From an uncultured Actinomycetes bacterium (GTDB lineage: Bacteria; Actinomycetota; Thermoleophilia; Gaiellales; JAICJC01): 64,000 bases of DNA. The DNA lies in assembly GCA_963760755.1 (NCBI GenBank), contig CAVXEE010000004.1, positions 627,235 to 691,234 on the forward strand, in the 5' to 3' direction. Shown here one piece after another: positions 10,586 to 20,828 of the stretch. Each line of letters begins with the position of its first letter. Within the stretch, counting starts at the first letter, position 1. A program made the position numbers and the translations under genes. The notes under the pieces were generated by a model. The model was not told where the DNA came from and ran no database searches. It was given only the letters and a program-made list of their open reading frames with translations.

Positions 10586-11532
10586 TCGGAGTCGAGCCTC
10601 CCCCGCAACGGCCGTAGCCGGAAACGGCGCACCGACAGGTGGCCGACGCGTAGCCGCGGGTTGAGCGCGTCCTCCATCGCCTGCCCCATCATGGTCGCGG
10701 CCAGGATGACGATCGTGACGCACAGGCCGGGCGGGATGATCGCCCACCACGCCTTGTGGAACACGGCGCCGCCCGTGAGCGAGTTCTGGATCAGCCGGCC
10801 CCAGGAGATCTGCGACGGATCGCCCAGGCCGAGGAAGCTGATGTACGTCTCGGCGAAGATGGCAATGGCAATGGTCAGCACCGTGTTTGCGACCAGCAGG
10901 GGCGCCACCTGCGGGGTGATGTGCTTCCACACGAGCCGGCTATGTCCGCCCCCCAGCGCGCGAGCGCGCTTCACGTACACGCGCTCGCGCACCGATTTCA
11001 CCTGCGCCCGGATCAGGCGGGCGGTGCTCGTCCAGTAGATCAGCCCGATGATCAGGACGATGTTCACGAGGCTGCGGCCGAACACGGCTGCGGCCACGAT
11101 CATGAGCGGCACGTCGGGGATGACGAGGAAGTAGTCGGTGATCCGCATGAGGATGATGTCGGTCTTGTTGCCGAAGTAGCCCGACAGCAGCCCGATGCCG
11201 CCCCCGAGCACCATCGCCACCGCCGCGGCCGAGAACCCCACCAGCATCGACACGCGCGCCCCCGCGATCACCTCGGAGAGCATGTCGATGCCGCCGTCGT
11301 CCAGGCCGAGCAGGTGCTGGCTGCTGGGCGGTGCGTAGACGGGACCGACCTGCTGCGTCGTGCTGTAGGGCTCGAGCCATGGCGCGAATATCGCGACCAG
11401 CGTGAAGAAGATCAGGATCACAAGGCCGATCACCGCCACCCGCTGGCCGAGCAGGACCTCGCGCACGATCCCCCGCCGCTTGGCCGCCTCCTGGGGGACC
11501 GGGGCATCGACGAGCATGATCTGCTCGCTCAC
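10582..11532 (-). CDS. Peptide ABC transporter permease (OppC/DppC-like)
   Basis: HLLGLDDGGID, ARLIRAQV, YVKRARALGG EAA loop, SFLGLG. Confidence 0.92.
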   Translation of the reverse strand: MSEQIMLVDAPVPQEAAKRRGIVREVLLGQRVAVIGLVILIFFTLVAIFAPWLEPYSTTQQVGPVYAPPSSQHLLGLDDGGIDMLSEVIAGARVSMLVGFSAAAVAMVLGGGIGLLSGYFGNKTDIILMRITDYFLVIPDVPLMIVAAAVFGRSLVNIVLIIGLIYWTSTARLIRAQVKSVRERVYVKRARALGGGHSRLVWKHITPQVAPLLVANTVLTIAIAIFAETYISFLGLGDPSQISWGRLIQNSLTGGAVFHKAWWAIIPPGLCVTIVILAATMMGQAMEDALNPRLRVGHLSVRRFRLRPLRGRLDSE

Positions 11533-12503
11533 GTCGTCACCCGCGGGTCGAGCTTGAAATAGACCAGGTCGGCAACGAAGTTGGCGAAGATCACGGAAAG
11601 GGTCAGGAGCAGGAAGATGCCCTGGAGCACCGGATAGTCGCGGTGGTTGATCGCGTCGATCGTGGCCAGGCCGATGCCGGGGTAGGAGAACACGTCCTCG
11701 ACCACGATCGCGCCGGCGACGATCGTGCCGAGCGAGAGCGCGATCAGGGTCACGAGCGGCAGCATCGCGTTTCGCAGCGCGTGCTTCCAGACGATCGTCC
11801 AGTTACGCAGCCCCTTCGCCCTGGCGGTGAGCACGTAGTCCTCGCCGAGCGTCTCGAGCATCGATGAGCGCACGACGAGCGAATACTCGCCGTAGAGGCC
11901 GATGCCGAGCACGAGCGCGGGCAGGAACAGGTGGTTGATGCGGTCGCTCACGACCGCCCAGGTCGACGGCGTCGACAGGATGCCGAGCGTGTTCGACTCG
12001 ATCCCGCTCGCCGGCAGGCCGAGCGGGATCGCGACGTAGAAGATCACGAGCAGGCCGATCCACTGCGTCGGCATGGCGTAGAACGCGAGGGCGGTCCAGA
12101 GGTTGGCCGAGTCCGCGGCCGTGCCCCGCCGCCAGGCGGCCACCACCCCCGAGATGATGCCGATCACGATCGAGATCACCGTCCCGGCGACGACCATCGG
12201 CAGCGTGTTCAGGAGCGGCCCCTTGATCGCGTCCCAAACGGGCTCGTTGTTGGCCGAGGACGTCCCCAGATCCCCGTGAGCGAGCCGCTCGATGTAGATG
12301 ACGTACTGCTGCCACTTGGACTTGTCGAGGCCGTACTGCTTGACGAGCGACTCGCGGAACTGCTTCGTGCAATGGCCGCAGCGGAGGCCGGTGACCGCGT
12401 CCCCGGGAAGGGCCCGGAAGATGAGGAAGTTGAGCGTGATCGCAACGAACACCGTCACAATCGCGAACGCCGTCCGCTTGAGGACGTAGTCCATCCCCCT
12501 CAT
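11529..12503 (-). CDS. Peptide ABC transporter permease (OppB/DppB-like)
   Basis: LPGDAV, GDLGTS, EDYVLTARAKGL, HALRNAMLP, RDYPVLQG, LDPRV. Confidence 0.93.
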   Translation of the reverse strand: MRGMDYVLKRTAFAIVTVFVAITLNFLIFRALPGDAVTGLRCGHCTKQFRESLVKQYGLDKSKWQQYVIYIERLAHGDLGTSSANNEPVWDAIKGPLLNTLPMVVAGTVISIVIGIISGVVAAWRRGTAADSANLWTALAFYAMPTQWIGLLVIFYVAIPLGLPASGIESNTLGILSTPSTWAVVSDRINHLFLPALVLGIGLYGEYSLVVRSSMLETLGEDYVLTARAKGLRNWTIVWKHALRNAMLPLVTLIALSLGTIVAGAIVVEDVFSYPGIGLATIDAINHRDYPVLQGIFLLLTLSVIFANFVADLVYFKLDPRVTT

Positions 12504-12539
12504 GTCTTGGGCCCCCTCGTGCCTGGCGGGTTCAGCGGC

Positions 12540-14234
12540 TCATCCGGTCTTGTGCGGGCTCGTGTAGTAGCACTTGCAGTAGGCGTTCAGGTCCGGATAG
12601 AAGCCCGTCCACGCCTTGCTGTTGGCGGTCACGAGGGCCTCGTCCACAAGCTGGATGTAAGGCCGGTCGTGGGCCACCTCGGCCTCCATCTTCCAGACCA
12701 GCGCCTGTCGCTGCTTCGGGTTGATCAGGGTCGCCTGCTGCAGGTACTGGTTGTTGAAGAGCGGGTTGTTGTAGCCGGTGTCGTTCCAGCTGTACCACTG
12801 GTTTCGGGTCATGTAGGAGAGCTGCGCGTCCGGGTCGACGTACTCGGCCCAGTCCCACGTGGCGAAGTCGAACTTCGTGTACTTGCCGGCGGTCTCGAGC
12901 CCGTAGGCCTGGCCGCTGTCACCGCCGGCCACCTCGTTCAGCTTGATTCCGATCTTCGCCCAGTCGTTTGCGAGGATCTGGAACTGGCGGTCGCCGTTGA
13001 AGTCGAGGCTGTTCGGGACGATCACGTCGTAGACCATCGCGTGGGCGGGCTGCGCGTACTTGCCCGTCGTCGCCGGCACGATCCGCACCCCGTTCGACCC
13101 GCGCTTGTAGCCGAGCGAGTCGAGGATCTGGTTCGCCTTGGCGATGTCGAACGGGAGCGGCTTGATGGCCGGGTTCAGCCAGAACGACCCCGACTGGGCG
13201 GAGAGCATGTTCGCCCACGGCTTCGCGTAGCCGGCGTAGATCACCTTGACGATCGTGTTGCGGTCGGTGGCGTACTCGAGCGCCTCGCGCAACTTCGGGT
13301 CGAGCAGCTCGCGGTTCCTCGCCTTGAGCGGGTTGGAGTTGATCGTGATGTTCGTCACCTCGGAGCTCAGCGCCGACTGAACGTTGAACCTGCTGTCGGA
13401 CTTGAGCGAGGAGATGGCGTTGTAGGGCACCTGGTCGGCGAAGTCGATGTTGCCGGCATCCAGGTCGGCGATCATCGACGTCGAGTTCGTGTAGTAGGTC
13501 ATGGCCACGGCCTCGGCGTTCGACTTCGGCCCGTAGAAGTACGGGTTCGGCTTGTAGACCGTCGTGCCCTTGTCCTGGAACTTGGTGATCGAGTACGGCC
13601 CGCCGGCGACCGTCGGCAGGTGCTGCTCGGGCAGGAACGACTTCAGATCCTTGCCGTTGTTGCCGGCGTACTTCGACCAGATGTGCTTCGGCAGCACCCA
13701 GAACTGCTCGAGCTGGGGCAGCACGTTCGCGACCGGCTTGTCGTAGTGGATGACGACCGTGGTCGGGTTGGGCGCGTCCATCTTCGTGACGTGGGTGAGC
13801 GCTGCGGCGGTCGACGCCGTCGGCCCGGCCGCGTACTTGACGATCAGGTTGCCCGTCCAGGCCGCATCCTCCGCCGTCAAGGGCTTCCCGTCCGACCACT
13901 TGCCGCCCGGCTTCACATGGAACGTCCACGTCTTCCCGTCAGCGGAGTGCGACCAGCTGGTCGCCCAGTCGCCCTCGAGCTTCTCGCCCGGGCCGTACTG
14001 CACGAGCTGCGGGTACTCCATCACGAAGGCGTTGTAGGCCTGGCTCTCGATCGCAACGAACGGGTTCAGGGAGTCGATGTAGTTCGTCGTGCCCACCCGC
14101 AGGATCCCGCCCTTGACGACCGTGCCGCCGCCGCCGCTTCCGGCAGGGGCGGCGCCACCGCCGCCGCAGCCGGCCGCGGTCGCCACGGCGGCAATGAGCA
14201 TCGTGATCACGGCCAGCCTACGTGCGTTCATCAT
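12540..14234 (-). CDS. Peptide ABC transporter substrate-binding lipoprotein (family 5)
   Basis: Lipobox AAGC; LATSW-like segment, DGKTWTF, KWSDGKPLTAED, GGPY, LREALEYATDR. Confidence 0.92.
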   Translation of the reverse strand: MMNARRLAVITMLIAAVATAAGCGGGGAAPAGSGGGGTVVKGGILRVGTTNYIDSLNPFVAIESQAYNAFVMEYPQLVQYGPGEKLEGDWATSWSHSADGKTWTFHVKPGGKWSDGKPLTAEDAAWTGNLIVKYAAGPTASTAAALTHVTKMDAPNPTTVVIHYDKPVANVLPQLEQFWVLPKHIWSKYAGNNGKDLKSFLPEQHLPTVAGGPYSITKFQDKGTTVYKPNPYFYGPKSNAEAVAMTYYTNSTSMIADLDAGNIDFADQVPYNAISSLKSDSRFNVQSALSSEVTNITINSNPLKARNRELLDPKLREALEYATDRNTIVKVIYAGYAKPWANMLSAQSGSFWLNPAIKPLPFDIAKANQILDSLGYKRGSNGVRIVPATTGKYAQPAHAMVYDVIVPNSLDFNGDRQFQILANDWAKIGIKLNEVAGGDSGQAYGLETAGKYTKFDFATWDWAEYVDPDAQLSYMTRNQWYSWNDTGYNNPLFNNQYLQQATLINPKQRQALVWKMEAEVAHDRPYIQLVDEALVTANSKAWTGFYPDLNAYCKCYYTSPHKTG

Positions 14235-15079
14235 CTCGATCCCTCCCTCTGCAGCCGGATGGCCGCGTCATCGTGATGGTCACGGCCAGGCCGCGGCGCA
14301 CGCGCTGACAGCTCGTCGATGTGGCCGGCCACCTCCTCGACCGCCCGCTCGAGCCAGAGGCGGCCCTTCTCGACGGTGGCGACGGTCGCGTCGCCGAGCA
14401 CGCCTGACTCGGTCCACCCGCTCCACGGCCCCTTGACCGACAGTGGGCCGTCGTTCCAGTCCATCCACACGTGGTCGGAGTCCCAGTCGGGGACCTCGCG
14501 GACGGCGCGATCCATCTGCACGAGCTCCGGCCGGATCGCCAGGTAGAGCGACGTCTCGAGCTCGCAGGCATGCGCCATCCCGCCCGGGGCGTGCGAGTCG
14601 CGGGTCCGCGCCAGGAGCTCGGCCGACTCGGGGGTGCTCAGGTACCAGAACGCCGCCGCGATGGCATCGCGGCGCTCGACCATGAGCAGGCGGGCGGCCA
14701 TCTCGACCAGCGGCATGTTCGAACCATGGCCGTTGACGAACAGGATCCGCGAGAGTCCGTGCGCGAGCAGGCTGCGGCCAATGTCCAGCAGGCCGTCGAC
14801 GAACGTCTTCCAGTCGATCGTGATCGTCCCCGGAAAGTCCATGTGGTGGGGGCTATAGCCGTGCGTGACGGTCGGAAGCACGAGCGCGCGGCCCGGGCGG
14901 CGCCGCACCGCGCGGTCCGCAAGCGTCTCGGCGATCACGACGTCGGTATCGATCGGCAGGTGGTAGCCGTGGTCCTCGAGCGTCGCGACCGGGATCACAC
15001 AGACGGGATCTCGTGCGGCCCACTCGGCCACCTGCGGCCAGGTCAGCTCGGCGTACCGGTGGGTGGAAGGCTCAGGCAA
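14231..15079 (-). CDS. Creatininase / creatinine amidohydrolase family protein
   Basis: LEDHGYHLPIDTD, SPHHMDFPGT, NGHGSN, HACELETS; TTG start at 15079 inferred. Confidence 0.88.
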   Translation of the reverse strand: MPEPSTHRYAELTWPQVAEWAARDPVCVIPVATLEDHGYHLPIDTDVVIAETLADRAVRRRPGRALVLPTVTHGYSPHHMDFPGTITIDWKTFVDGLLDIGRSLLAHGLSRILFVNGHGSNMPLVEMAARLLMVERRDAIAAAFWYLSTPESAELLARTRDSHAPGGMAHACELETSLYLAIRPELVQMDRAVREVPDWDSDHVWMDWNDGPLSVKGPWSGWTESGVLGDATVATVEKGRLWLERAVEEVAGHIDELSARAPRPGRDHHDDAAIRLQREGSR

Positions 15080-16090
15080 AGGCGTAGCGTTGTTCCCGCG
15101 AGTCACAGGGATTGCCGCGACCGTAGCGGATCGCTCCCATTGTGACGTCGGCAATGCACCAAAAGACAGTCTTGCACGATGCGCCGTGCTCTGTGTGGCG
15201 GCAGAGCGAGTCCGGGGCGCCGGTGTGGTCGCTGAGCGCGTCGCGCAGGAGCTGCGGCGTGACCGGCCCGCGCTCGAGCCAGCCGCACGCCGCGCGCTGC
15301 CGTGCCTGCGAGCCCGCGGTCGCGCCCGGATCGCGCTCGTAGCGGGCCATGCGCGCGTTCGTGTAGTGGTTGGTATGGGCGAGCGTGCCGTCGGCCGGCC
15401 GCAGCAGCTCGGCGTCGGTGGCCGAGCCCTCGACGCTCACGACGCCGCCGTCGCGGTGGCTCAGGAGGTTGTTGTACGACGACGCCCGGCGCGGATGCAG
15501 CGCGGCGGCCACCGCCTCGTCGAGCGTCCGCCGGCGCAGGATGTCGCGCACGAGCAGCAGGCGGGGGATGCCGACGCGATCGTCGCTCGGAGAGAGCTCG
15601 TTGCCGGTCAGCGCCAGGCCGGCGGAGTTGAAGCCGACGCTGATCCACGGGCCGACGCCGATCGTGAGCGACGACCGGCTCGCCCTCGACGTGCCACTCG
15701 AGCGCCACCAGCTCGTCCTCGCGCTCGGGCTCGAGGTCGTTGTTGTGCGCGACCCAGACGTGCCCGTCCGCCGTCGCCGGCCCGCAGCCGACCAGATCGG
15801 AGCAGCGCCCGCGCGGGGACGGCGGCGTCGGCCCAGATCTCCTCCACCGACGCCGCGAACACGGCCAGCGGGTCGGCGCCGGCCCCCTCGGCGACGCCGT
15901 CGAGCTCCTCGACCAGCCACGGCAGGTCGGCGGCGGTCGCGTCGCGGTAGGCGACGGCCTGGGCGCGCCGCTGCGGGTCGACCGCGCCGGCATGCCGGCG
16001 GACGGCGGTCGCCGTGGCGGCACCGATCTGGATGCCCACGTCGCGGTGCGCTCCCCCCACGCGCACGAGCTCGATCCGTCTGGGCGGCAC
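15072..16090 (-). pseudogene. C45 family Ntn-hydrolase/acyltransferase split by two frameshifts (~15812, ~15670)
   Basis: Three frames give GAHRDVGIQIG...EELDGVAEGAG / GRCSDL...AHNND / GFNSAGLALTGN...HTNHY; catalytic Cys retained. Confidence 0.72.
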
Positions 16091-16134
16091 CTGCAGACTT
16101 TACGCAATCCCGGCAGCCGGTGAGGGTGAGGTGA

Positions 16135-16145
16135 ACACCTGGTGT
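16135..16145. promoter_or_regulatory. Palindrome, possible GntR operator
   Basis: ACACC-T-GGTGT between the divergent C45 and GntR genes; flanking cacctgca (16088) / tgcaggtg (16152) inverted pair. Confidence 0.3.
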
Positions 16146-16879
16146 ACGTTGTGCAGGTGTCAAGTGACGCCGCTCCCAGGTACCGCCAGGTGGCCGACGC
16201 CCTGCAGCGGCGGATCGTCTCCGGCGACCTCGAGTCGCACGACCGGCTCGCCTCCGAGCGCGTGATCGCCGACCGCTTCGGCCTCTCGCGCATGACCGCG
16301 CGCCAGGCCGTCGAGCTGCTCGTGCGCCGGGGCGTCGTCTACCGCCGTCCCGGGTCGGGCACCTTCGTCTCGCCGCCCCGGATCGAGCACACGCTCCAGC
16401 GCCTCGCCGGGTTCTCGGAGCAGATGCGCCGCCAGGGCGTCCAGCCGAGCGGGCGCGTGCTCGAGATGCGCTGCGGCGGCCGCATCGACAGCGTGGCGCG
16501 CGCGGCGCTCGCGCTCCCCGCGGGCGAGCGCGCGTGGGTGGTGCGCCGCCTGCGGTTCGGAGACGGCGAGCCGCTCCTGCTCGAGACGTTCTGGGTGCCG
16601 CGCGCCGTGTGCCCCGAGCTGTCGCGTCACGAGCTCTCCGACCGCTCGCTCTACACCGTCATGCGCGAGCGCTATGGCGTCGACCCCGTGAGCGCCGAGA
16701 CATCGCTCGAGCCCGCGGCGCTCGACCCGACCGACGCCCGTCACCTGGGGGCCCGTGCGGGCGCGCCCGCGATCCTCGTCACCCGCACGACCCGCGCCGC
16801 CGACGGGCGCGCGGTCGAGTTCGCCCGCGACCTCTACCGCGGCGACCGCGCCCGCTTCGAGCTCACGCTGCACAGCTGA
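16142..16879 (+). CDS. GntR family regulator, HutC/UTRA subfamily
   Basis: PRYRQVADAL, LASERVIADRFGLSRMTARQA, GSGTFV, C-terminal UTRA (YRGDRARF); start may be a few codons downstream. Confidence 0.92.
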   Translation: MYVVQVSSDAAPRYRQVADALQRRIVSGDLESHDRLASERVIADRFGLSRMTARQAVELLVRRGVVYRRPGSGTFVSPPRIEHTLQRLAGFSEQMRRQGVQPSGRVLEMRCGGRIDSVARAALALPAGERAWVVRRLRFGDGEPLLLETFWVPRAVCPELSRHELSDRSLYTVMRERYGVDPVSAETSLEPAALDPTDARHLGARAGAPAILVTRTTRAADGRAVEFARDLYRGDRARFELTLHS

Positions 16880-16908
16880 ATACACGGGGTCTGACCCCGT
16901 CTATTCAC
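16876..16908. repeat. 33-bp palindromic REP-like element, copy 2
   Basis: ctgaatacacggggtctgaccccgtctattcac fills the gap between convergent gntR and thrS. Confidence 0.88.
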
Positions 16909-18812
16909 TACAGGCTGCGCGAGGCGGCCTCGGCGACCAGCTCGTCGCGCACCTCGGCCAGGGCGCGGGTGCCCAGGTTGCCCTGGTCGCGGCGGCGCAG
17001 CGAGACGGTGCCCGCCTCGACCTCCTTGTCGCCCACGACGAGGATGCAGGGGGTGCGCTGGTGCTCGGCCTCGGCGATCTTCTTGCCGACCGACTCGGTG
17101 CGCAGGTCGGGCTCGGCCCGCAGTCCCGCGGCGGCCAGGTCGGCCGCGACCGAGGTGGCGTAGGCGTCGTGACGCTCGGCCACGGGCAGCACCACCGCCT
17201 GCACCGGTGCCAGCCAGAGCGGGAATGCGCCGGCGAAGTGCTCGATCAGGATGCCGATGAACCGCTCGAACGCCCCGAAGAGCGCCCGGTGCACCATCGC
17301 CGGCCGGTGCTCGGCGTTGTCGTCGCCCGTGTAGACCATGTCGAACCGCTCGGGCATCTGGTAGTCGAGCTGCACCGTCCCCATCTGCCAGGACCGCCCC
17401 ACCGAGTCGGTCATGTGCAGGTCGATCTTGGGGCCGTAGAAGGCGCCGTCGCCCTCGTTCAGCTCGTACTCCTCGCCCGCCTTCGCGAGGGCGCCCTCGA
17501 GCGCCGCCTCGGCGCGATCCCACAGGGCGTCGTCGCCGATCCGGTTCTCGGGCCGCGTCGAGAGCTCGAGCCGCACCGGCAGGTCGAAGATGCCGTAGAT
17601 GTGGCGGGCCAGCTTGAGGCAGCCGATGACCTCGTCCTCGATCTGGTCCTCGGTGCAGAAGATGTGGGCGTCGTCCTGGGTGATGTGGATCACCCGCAGG
17701 AGGCCGTGCAGCGCGCCGGACGGCTCGTCGCGGTGCACGAGGCCCTGCTCGGCCAGGCGCATCGGCAGGTCGCGGTAGCTGCGCTTGGCGGCCTGGTAGA
17801 GCTCGATGTGGCCGGGGCAGTTCATCGGCTTCACGCCGAGCGGCCGCTCCTCCTTGTGGGTGAAGAACATGTTGTCGCGGTACTTGTCCCAGTGGCCGGA
17901 GCGGCGCCAGATCTCGACCGAGTAGATGATCGGCGTGCGCACCTCGCGGTAGCCCCACTCGGCGTTGAGCTCCCGCCACAGCTTCGTGAGCTCGTTCCAG
18001 ATCACCATCCCGCGCGGGTGCCAGAACGGCGCCCCGGGCGCGACGTCCGAGGTGTGGAAGAGGTCGAGCTCGCGGCCGATGCGGCGGTGGTCGCGCCGGC
18101 GCGCCTCCTCGAGGAGATGCAGATGCTCGTCGAGGTCGGCCTGCTTGAAGAAGGCGGTGCCGTAGATGCGCGTGAGCATCGGCTTGGAGTTGTCGCCGCG
18201 CCAGTACGCGCCAGCCTGCGAGAGCAGCTTGAACGCCTTGATCGGCGCGGTCGTCTGCAGGTGCGGCCCCCGGCACAGGTCCTCGAAGTCGTCGTTGCGG
18301 TAGAGGCTGATGTCGCCGTCGGGCAGGCTCTCGGCGAGCTCGAGCTTGTAGGGCTGGTGCTCGGCCCGGAAGCGGTCGAGCAGGCCGGCCTTCTCGACGT
18401 CGTCCTCGCGCACGAACGCGGCCTTCTGCTTCAGGATCCTGTGCATCTCGGCCTCGATGCGCTCGAGGTCCTCGGGGCCGATCGGCTGCGGGAATTCGAA
18501 GTCGTAGTAGAACCCGTCGGCGATCGCCGGCCCGATGGCGATCTTGGCCTCGGGCCACAGGTGCAGGACGGCCTGGGCCATCACGTGGGCGGTCGAGTGG
18601 CGCAGCACCGCCAGGGCCTCCGGGTCGCGGTCGGTGAGGATCCGCAGCCGGTCGCCGTCACGGAGCGGCAGGCGCACGTCGCGCACCTCGCCGCCGACCT
18701 CCACGGCGACCGCGGCCTTCGCCAGCCGATCGCCGATCGCCGCGGCGGCGTCCAGGCCGCTTGCGCCGGCGGGGAGATCGAGGCCGCTGCCGTCGGGGAG
18801 GGTGACCTTCAT
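16908..18812 (-). CDS. thrS: Threonine--tRNA ligase
   Basis: MKVTLPDGS TGS domain, RHSTAHVMA, DLCRGPH, KPMNCPGH, GAFYGPKID, FPLWLAPVQ. Confidence 0.97.
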   Translation of the reverse strand: MKVTLPDGSGLDLPAGASGLDAAAAIGDRLAKAAVAVEVGGEVRDVRLPLRDGDRLRILTDRDPEALAVLRHSTAHVMAQAVLHLWPEAKIAIGPAIADGFYYDFEFPQPIGPEDLERIEAEMHRILKQKAAFVREDDVEKAGLLDRFRAEHQPYKLELAESLPDGDISLYRNDDFEDLCRGPHLQTTAPIKAFKLLSQAGAYWRGDNSKPMLTRIYGTAFFKQADLDEHLHLLEEARRRDHRRIGRELDLFHTSDVAPGAPFWHPRGMVIWNELTKLWRELNAEWGYREVRTPIIYSVEIWRRSGHWDKYRDNMFFTHKEERPLGVKPMNCPGHIELYQAAKRSYRDLPMRLAEQGLVHRDEPSGALHGLLRVIHITQDDAHIFCTEDQIEDEVIGCLKLARHIYGIFDLPVRLELSTRPENRIGDDALWDRAEAALEGALAKAGEEYELNEGDGAFYGPKIDLHMTDSVGRSWQMGTVQLDYQMPERFDMVYTGDDNAEHRPAMVHRALFGAFERFIGILIEHFAGAFPLWLAPVQAVVLPVAERHDAYATSVAADLAAAGLRAEPDLRTESVGKKIAEAEHQRTPCILVVGDKEVEAGTVSLRRRDQGNLGTRALAEVRDELVAEAASRSL

Positions 18813-18885
18813 CGCACCTTCAAGCATACAAACCAGGACGACCGGGTCGCCCCCCGCCTCGCCGCCCGCTGCTACGCTCGCGCCG

Positions 18886-20061
18886 ATGACAGCAGTGACG
18901 GCGGCGTTGGCAGTGGCGCTCGGGATCGCCGTCATCATGCTCGCCGTCGCGCGGCGCGACCGGGCGCGGGCGATGGCCGCGGCGGGGGCGACCGAGGGCG
19001 ACCTGGCCGACGTCATCTCGCGCCGGCTGCGGGCGAGTGCGCCGCGGGTCGAGCTGTCCGAGGCCCGGGCGTGGCGCGACGCCCTGATGACGGTCGTCCC
19101 GAGCCCCGTGCTCGTGTTCGACGACGACGGCCGGCTGGTGCGGGCAAACGCGCTCGCCCGGCGCGAGGCGCCGTCGCTGCTCGACCTCGCCGCCCATCCG
19201 GAGCTGGCGGCGGCGGTGCGGGCGGCCCTGGACGGTCGCGCTCCGGGCGGCGAGAACGGCCTGACCGTGTACGAGCCCGAGCGGCGCCGCTACCGCGTGC
19301 ACGTGCAGCCGTTCCGCGGCGAGACCGGCGCGCGCTGCGTCGTCGTGCTCGAGGACGAGAGCGCCGAGGCGGACTACCGCGACGCGCGGCGCCTGTTCTC
19401 GGCCGGCGTGTCGCACGAGCTGCGCACGCCGCTGCAGCGCATCCTCGGGCTCGTCGAGACGCTCGGCCTCGACCTGACCGACGACGCCCGCGCCGAGCTG
19501 ATCGCCCAGGCCCGGCTCGAGGTCGACGGCATGCGTCGCCTGATCGAGGACATGATCATGCTCGTCCAGCTCGAGAGCCACCGCTTCGACGGCGCCGTGG
19601 AGCCGACCGACATGGCCGAGGCCGTCGACGCGTGCGTGGTCCGCCACGCCGACGCCGCCCGGCTGGCGTCGATGACCCTTGCGGCGCAGGCCAACCGCGG
19701 CCTGGTGGTGGCCGTCCCCGCCCGGCTCGTCGACGCGGTGCTGGACAACCTCGTCGAGAACGCCATCCGCCACGCCGGCCAGGACGAGCGCATCGAGCTG
19801 CGCGTGCGCGGCCTCTCCGGAGCCGTCGAGCTCGTGGTGCACGACTCGGGCGGGCGGATCCCGCCCGAGCACCTAGGGCGCGTGTTCGAACGGTTCCACC
19901 GGGTCGAGAACGCCCGCTCCGGCCCGGGCACCGGCCTCGGCCTCGCCATCGTCAAGCACATCGCCGAGGAGTACGGCGGCCGCGCCACGGCCGAGTCGAG
20001 CCCGGCGGCGGGCACGACGATGCGCGTGGTGCTGCCGGCGCCGGCCGCGTTACGCGAGTGA
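18886..20061 (+). CDS. Sensor histidine kinase (PhoR/SenX3-like, PAS-HisKA-HATPase)
   Basis: VSHELRTPL H-box, NLVENAIRH, VFERFHR, GTGLGLAIVKH. Confidence 0.9.
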   Translation: MTAVTAALAVALGIAVIMLAVARRDRARAMAAAGATEGDLADVISRRLRASAPRVELSEARAWRDALMTVVPSPVLVFDDDGRLVRANALARREAPSLLDLAAHPELAAAVRAALDGRAPGGENGLTVYEPERRRYRVHVQPFRGETGARCVVVLEDESAEADYRDARRLFSAGVSHELRTPLQRILGLVETLGLDLTDDARAELIAQARLEVDGMRRLIEDMIMLVQLESHRFDGAVEPTDMAEAVDACVVRHADAARLASMTLAAQANRGLVVAVPARLVDAVLDNLVENAIRHAGQDERIELRVRGLSGAVELVVHDSGGRIPPEHLGRVFERFHRVENARSGPGTGLGLAIVKHIAEEYGGRATAESSPAAGTTMRVVLPAPAALRE

Positions 20062-20068
20062 CCCGTAC

Positions 20069-20770
20069 CTAGCCGGCGCGCTCCATCGCCTCGAACCGGT
20101 AGCCGACGCCCGGGTGCGTCTGGATGTAGGTGTGCGACGAAGAGCGCTGGTCGAGCTTCTGGCGCAGCTTGCGCACGCACACGTCGACCGTGCGGTCGCG
20201 GTAGCGGTAGGGCGTCCCCCACACCCGCTGCTGGAGCTGGTCGCGCGTGAGCGCCTTGCCCGACTCGCCGGCGAGCACCCACAGCAGCCGGAACTCGGTG
20301 CGGGTGAGGCCGGCGTCATGGCCGTCCAGGAGCGCCTGGTGCAGGTCGGCGTCGACGACGAGGCCCGGAGCCTCGACGCGGCCCGCGTCGCGGTCGGACG
20401 GCACCATCCCGGAGCGGCGCAGCGCCGCCTGCACCCGGGCGACGAGCTCGCGCATCCCGAACGGCTTGGCCAGATAGTCGTCGGCGCCGATGCGCAGGCC
20501 GTGCACCTTGTCGTGCTCGGATCCGCGCGCGCTGATCATGATGATCGGGATCGTCGCCCCCTCGGAGCGCAGCGCCTCGGTGATCCGCCAGCCGTCCTCG
20601 CCGGGGAGCATCAGGTCGATCACGGCCACGTCGGGGCGCTCGAAGCGCAGCTTGCGCAGCGCGGCGTCGCCGTTGTCGGCCCACTCGACGTCCATGCCCG
20701 CGCCGCGCAGGTGCGTCGCCATCGCGTTTGCGATGACCCGGTCGTCCTCGGCGATCAGCACCCGTGGCAT
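20069..20770 (-). CDS. OmpR/PhoB family response regulator
   Basis: MPRVLIAEDD, IDLMLP, GADDYLAKPF, LTRTEFRLL, RTVDVCVRKLRQK, GVGYRF. Confidence 0.93.
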   Translation of the reverse strand: MPRVLIAEDDRVIANAMATHLRGAGMDVEWADNGDAALRKLRFERPDVAVIDLMLPGEDGWRITEALRSEGATIPIIMISARGSEHDKVHGLRIGADDYLAKPFGMRELVARVQAALRRSGMVPSDRDAGRVEAPGLVVDADLHQALLDGHDAGLTRTEFRLLWVLAGESGKALTRDQLQQRVWGTPYRYRDRTVDVCVRKLRQKLDQRSSSHTYIQTHPGVGYRFEAMERAG

Positions 20771-20828
20771 CGGGGCGAAGGCTAGCCTGGGGCCCGGGCG
20801 GCGCGTGACGCGCCGGGCGACGGGGGAG

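Noticed and set aside
18813-18885. T-box leader upstream of thrS (or pheS)
   Set aside because: The gaps are only about 70 and 40 bp, with no T-box motif.
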